A stretch of 64,000 nt of DNA from Oikopleura dioica. Taxonomy: Eukaryota; Animalia; Chordata. How positions within the stretch are numbered: the stretch's first letter is position 1; every line of letters starts with the position of its first letter. A program made the translations under genes and the position numbers. Below are positions 58,438 to 64,000 of this stretch, one piece after another. The notes beneath the pieces are model-generated. The model made no database searches, was not told the DNA's origin, and saw nothing but the letters and a program-made list of their open reading frames with translations. The stretch covers positions 14,384,001-14,448,000 of the forward strand of contig OU015567.1 of assembly GCA_907165135.1 (NCBI GenBank), written 5' to 3'.

Positions 58438-61400
58438 TTATTTTTTGTCATGTATCTCAATATAACTATCAATATTACAAGTTCCTTCTGTCGAAAAGCT
58501 CGCTGAAGATGGAGAAAGCAGCTGTGGTGATGATTTAATATCTTCTAGTACGGTGAATACTCGCTGAATATCTACAAGCAAAATTCCGAAATTGTTTACT
58601 TCGAAATCGCTGTACCTTTGTGTAAAACAGTTAACCGATCGCTCAAAACTGCTACATTTTCTGTCAAAGTTTTTACATGATCATCGCGATTGCTTGTTTG
58701 ACTTTCAGTTGTTTTATCGTCGTCTTTTGTCGGCCAGATGACTGGAGCACTATAAATTTTAATGTAAAATAAAGAATTAACGAATGAGATACCTTGACCT
58801 CCTCGAACAATCATCTGACCAAGTGACTCTTTTTGACGACTTTCTCCCCAACGTCAACGGATCGCTAAACCACCTGAGTCGCTCAGATGCTAAATTACTA
58901 TCTCCCGCGAATACTGAAGAGGAGTCGTCATCTGATTTGTCTCCTTCAATTTCCGGGCTCCAGCCAGATAACCCGTCAAGCAAGGGCATGTTTTCTTGAT
59001 CGCTTACTTTAGGAAAAATCAATCTAGTTTCTTTCATATGAATCTTACCATCTGAAGACGCTTTAAGATTTTCATCATCGTAGCAATTCGAAGACTGGCT
59101 TTTGTGATTCTTTTCTACAGCTTCTGAAACTATAATTTCTTACTCCAAGAACCAAAACCTAAATCACCTGTAACAGAAGGAATTTGAGCACGCTTGGAAC
59201 TCTGGCTCATCGATTCTTTCACCGGCTCATGCAATTCCCACAAGTTACAAGAGTAGTCCGACGAGAGCTCATTTATAAAGCGCTTCGTAAACTCGGGAAA
59301 AAGCTTGCAGAGCTGGTGGAAAGTGGAGGCGGATATGTACTGCAAATCGCAGTAGCTAAGCGCAGTTTGAAAAAGAAAAGTAACTGAAGGATCACCTCAG
59401 TGCTCGAACATTGGCAGACGAGCGACAAGCTGAAGTTCGAGTGCGTTGCGCTAGCTGGAAGAAGGTTATAAAAGATATTGAACGATAAATAGGTGGAATC
59501 GATCTTTAACCTGTTCCTTTGGGTCGTATCCGAATAAATCTCCTTTTCCAAAGATTGCTGTTATTTGTCCATCTCGCGAGACTTCCATCGACCCGGAAAT
59601 GACCAGATATATATGAGAAAGACTTAAATATGGTAATTTCACTGAATTTAAGGGGTTCGCTTACCTATCTCCTTCATAAACAAGAAATTCATCCGGCGTA
59701 AAAAACATTCGCTGAACTCTGAGCGCGATGAAATTTCTACAACTCGGCGAAGTATACTGAAAAACAGGCAGATTCAGAAACTGAGAGTGCAAGTGTTGGA
59801 AAATTTCTCCTCGCAGATTCGCTGGAAATGTTTGGAGAGTCGAGTCCACTTGTTGCATGCCTTTTCGCTTGCTCCATGTTGCGTTGAAATAGTCGATGAG
59901 TCGTCGCTGGAGGTTTTTGTCGATCTGGGCGAAGGTGAAGAACTCCTTCATGTCGCGCATTCGTGTGTCGTATTGAGATCTTCTTGCGTACATTCGCTGA
60001 AATTCATGTTATTATCACGGTATAATGAAATCAAGGAAGGGTACCTGAATAATCGCCGTGACATTTCCGAAGACCACTGCGTGCATTAATGCTCCAATAA
60101 GCATCACCAAGACGGAGAACACCTTCTCATTGTTGGTATTCGCTGACACATTGCCAAACCCGACTGACGTCAACGAAGAAAGCGTGAAATACAACGAGGT
60201 TGTGTAACGCTCGACCATAGTAGGCCCATGCTTGTTCCAGACCCGCTCGTGTTGCTCGCCAGTGATTTGGTTGCTGAAGATTTGGATAAATTCAAAATTG
60301 AGTTAATGGCGATAATAATGACGTTACCTGAAATTGGTGACTTCGACGACGTATTCGCGTTGCAGCGAATTAGAAAGTTCATATAGCCAGCCTACTTTGC
60401 GCGTGTCGTTGCTGACTCGATCTGAAAATTTAATTTAACACATTGCTAATTTGTCAATTATTCTTTGTCATTATTGGGTTTGTCTTGATTTTGAATTCTG
60501 CTTTCTTCAAAAGTTCAAAAGATCAAATCATGACAAATCAGATCCGATTTCGGGTTTATTTGCCAAACATGGGCGTCTTTTTCCGCAATTTTTTTTCGCT
60601 ATTTGATAATGAGAAAGATAGCGAAGGTACTTGCGGTTCCGATTTTAATTGGATACTTGACCCAAAAATATGTGGATCCTCCGAAAGCGCCTGAGATCAA
60701 GGATTTACCTGAAAATATTCAAAAGTGGTATTCTATGGGAGAAATGATCGAGGTATCTGGGTACGAGATGTTTGTGAGGAAATTTCCCTTCAATGGAGAA
60801 AATGACCCGGGACCAACAATTGTCTTGATTCATGGCTTTCCGTCAAGGTAAACTCACAATAACGAGATCAACGAATGTAAGTTATTGAAGCTCTTACGAT
60901 TATCACAAAGTTGGCATCGATAAACTACAGAACTATGGCCCCGTCATTGTTTATGACCACGTTGGCTTTGGTTTTTCTGACAAACCGAAGGAAAACTTCA
61001 CGTTTTCTATTTTCGAACTCGCCGAGTACTCCATCATGCTGTTCAAAAAACTCGGTCTATCGGATGTCATCTGCATTGGACATGACATGGGCGACACAGT
61101 TCTAGCTGAACTGGTCAAACGGCGACATAGAGGAACACTACCGGACTTTCTCAATATCAAAGGAGTTGCGTTTACAAATGGTGGCATCAATTTTAAATAC
61201 GCCAAATTAAGACTTGCTCAACACTTACTTAGGTACAGTAAGTTTTCAACTGTTCTTACGCGAACTCTTCCAGAAACCCCTATTTTGGACCAGGGCTGAA
61301 TCGACTTCTGGTTATCCTTCAGCCTCATTTCCCCAAGCTTGCCGACAAAAGCTACAACGAAATTTGGGGAAGCACTCAAGATCTCGAAGAGAGACAACAA

Positions 61401-63926
61401 GAAATGATCTAAAATATTTCATTTTCATACCAGATGGTATTTTATGCCATCAGTATTTTCGACCATAAAAAAGACATTCAATGCCTTCACGCACTGAATA
61501 ACTTTAAAGATGGCAGCCAACTACTCCACAAGTCCATCTGGTATCTCAATGATCGCGATGCATTTGAATACTCGTGGCACGAGGCTTTTTCGAAAATTGA
61601 TATCCCCAGTGCGATCATATGGGGCGATGAAGATGCAGTTGCTCCTGCAATTATTGGAGAAACAATTCAGGTTCGTTTTTCCTTTAGGATAAAGTGAGCT
61701 TAATTTCCTTGAAGGCGATTCTCCCGGGATCGATTTATCGCCATAAAGACGGAGTGGGTCATTTCCTTATGCTGGAAGATCCAGATTTCTGGACAAAATC
61801 TGTTCTCGAGTTAATAAACTCTGTTAACACTTACTGAGATTGTTGAGTTCGTTCCATCCTATCAGGTACCACACGCAGGCAAGCCAGTGAGCCATCATTC
61901 CAAAGATCAAGACCGATACAGTCAGTGCTATTGCCCCGTACTGAGTCAGAAGCTCCAGTTTATACGCAACTCTTGCTAGTCGAAGTAGACGTAGAATTTT
62001 CAGCATTTGTACATTGTTCAACGATACTTAGGTTAAGTTATTTATTGATAAAATAATATATTATTTAGATATTTATTTGAAATACGTTTCAAATTTACCT
62101 TGAATATCATTAGCAGAGTTCGATGCGGAAGTGCTGGTGTCAGGTGGGAAATTAATAAAGAGGGTAAATAAGTCGATCGGGATCGCGGCAAAAAGATCGA
62201 TCAGAAACCAGGAGCGGATGTAGTTGCGGGAAATTAGTGAAGGGTTGAAGACCACATTGCCAGATTTGCTCACAAAAGTCGTGCGAAAGTTTAGGATCAC
62301 GTCGAAAATAAATACCGCCTGTCGAGTTGGGTGTCATCTTTTATGAAATCATGGAGGAGAATCTTTCGGTTTATACTTCGAAATGGAATTGGACCCATAA
62401 ATAGGCTCTAGTGTCATGTTTTTAGATCAATGTTATAACACCCCGGTGCCTCTACAAAAACGTCGAATGAACGATTTATCATGGACAAATCATTTTTAGC
62501 AGCTGCACTAAAAGGCATGGCCTCAAGAGAGAAAATAAGAAAGGACTCACGTTTGCAGATCGTAGTCTGAGTCTTTGAAGACTGATTGGTAAGGAACTAA
62601 GGCAGCCACGTAAATTGTACAAATGAAGATGAGCAAATCCCAGGTTGATCTGAACGAAGTTTTCTTTGTAATTCTTCATTTTTCATTACCTAAATGTGCC
62701 GCAATGCAAGACCACGCCGTAGGGCATCCTTGAGGCCATTTTATATTCCGGAATATCATTTTTCTGCTGCTCCCTGAACTGCCGCAGCCTGAATTAATTA
62801 TTGAAATAGCTCAGAAGTAGAAATAAAGTTTGATGTCGAGAGTTGATATAAATGCTCCTTTTATTAATGCCAGATGAATATGTAGTGTTAAAAGAAATGA
62901 AAGTGGGCTGATCTCAGCGTTGTATTAATTTTAATTCAACCAAGCCAAACCACATGTTTCGGGGTGGTTTAGAAAACATGCAGCTACTGTTCTTTCAAAG
63001 GGTAAGTAAATGATGTGAAAATATGATGATATGACGTACGTGGCGAGCTGAATTACCGACCGACCGAGAGCTTCAGAAATTGCGCTTTTCTTGGCTGAAT
63101 TTCGCGATTCCACGTCGTCTCGTCCGTGCGATGATTTCATGAATCCCCTAAATTTGGAGGAAATTTTTCACGACTTTCGAAACTTACGCGCTGGAGATAT
63201 TTCCAATATTGCCGGAGATATTGTAGAGGATCGCTCTCGAACGACGTCGCCATTCTTTGAGATCGCGCTAGAATCAACCTTTCAACGCGTTTCATTTTTG
63301 AACTGTTTTACCCCCTCGCGCTCGCGGGCGAAATTGATCTTCGAATTTGACTTGGAAATGTCCTTGACGGATATGAGAAAGAAAACGACAGTGCCAGTCT
63401 CATTTTTAATTGGCACTATAAAATCAGTTAGCTAATGTAGTCGTTTCTTGGCACCTACCAATATCAAGCTGGCAGCTTTGGCTTGTTTGATCACGGCTTT
63501 CGCGATCGCTGTAAAAGTGAAACTTTACTTCGACGCGGTATTCTTCCTTGTTTCGCAGTGCGCGTTCGATCCTCTCCTTGATGTCCTGCCGAGTGTCCTC
63601 GCCGTAGACGAACCTTATCGCGCAAGATCGACGCATAACTGTTCGTGGGTCAATTCGCTAGTTGTGGAGTACCCTAAAGCTTGCTCCAGGAGCTAATTAA
63701 CCGAGCCTTTGCAGCGCGGAAGGCCGCTGAGCTCGCAGAAGCCATCTGAGCAATAGACGATCGGGTACTGATCTGGAATCTGCGCATTTCCAAGAACGAA
63801 GTTTGAGTCTAAGAGACGATCATCCCTCTTTTCTAATTTTCGAAAAAAAAACTTACGCGATCCGTCAAATCTCTCTGCGATCGTGTCAAGAAACGTGTTT
63901 TGCGGTGCGAGCAGGCCTTTTCTCAT
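58438..63926 (-). CDS. KCNH: ELK-subfamily (Kv12; KCNH3/4/8-like) voltage-gated potassium channel
   Basis: [40 protein letters not shown] (ELK PAS cap); [12 protein letters not shown] (S4); [15 protein letters not shown] (pore); C-linker/CNBHD; C-terminal coiled coil. Confidence 0.95.
60609..61837 (+). CDS. MEST: MEST-like alpha/beta hydrolase (epoxide-hydrolase fold), nested antisense in an ELK intron
   Basis: [14 protein letters not shown]; [12 protein letters not shown]; GHDMGD (Asp nucleophile); IIWGDED; [11 protein letters not shown]. Confidence 0.85.
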
Positions 63927-64000
63927 TTCTCTGCCTAAGAAAAATTTTTAACCCAGTTTCAAATTGTGCCAATTTTTTGGCCAAACTCTCAATAAGGCCT

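Noticed and set aside
63091-63435. 114-aa plus-strand ORF as another nested gene
   Set aside because: Overlaps ELK coding exons (IVPIKNETG; [12 protein letters not shown]) in antisense.

Overview
Eukaryotic DNA from a very compact genome: introns mostly about 35-60 nt, some GA/GC donors, operon-like gene spacing and many MITEs. This is most consistent with the larvacean tunicate Oikopleura (inference, not verified). Genes recognised by motif, in order: XDH, a TLC-domain gene, Numb, ILK (with HSCB and an orphan ORF nested antisense), DPY19L3-like, TMEM237-like, two orphan disordered proteins, GIT, MRPS18A, NIT1, three tandem CHMP4/Snf7 paralogs, FAM136A-like, two Cys-rich/Kelch-like duplicates, an sPLA2-like gene, complexin, an EGF/CUB secreted protein, and an ELK-type KCNH channel with a nested MEST-like hydrolase. 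A transposon-rich island lies at about 12-19 kb. Main candidates for novelty: (1) an intact 5-exon gene joining an N-terminal signal/anchor to a LINE ORF1p-like coiled-coil/RRM/CTD module (18821-20023), suggesting domestication; (2) MITEs that appear to act as whole introns (7392-7611 and 54373-54560); (3) three host genes with antisense genes nested in introns, one with interlocked stop codon and splice donor. Exon boundaries were read by eye; no searches or alignments were run.
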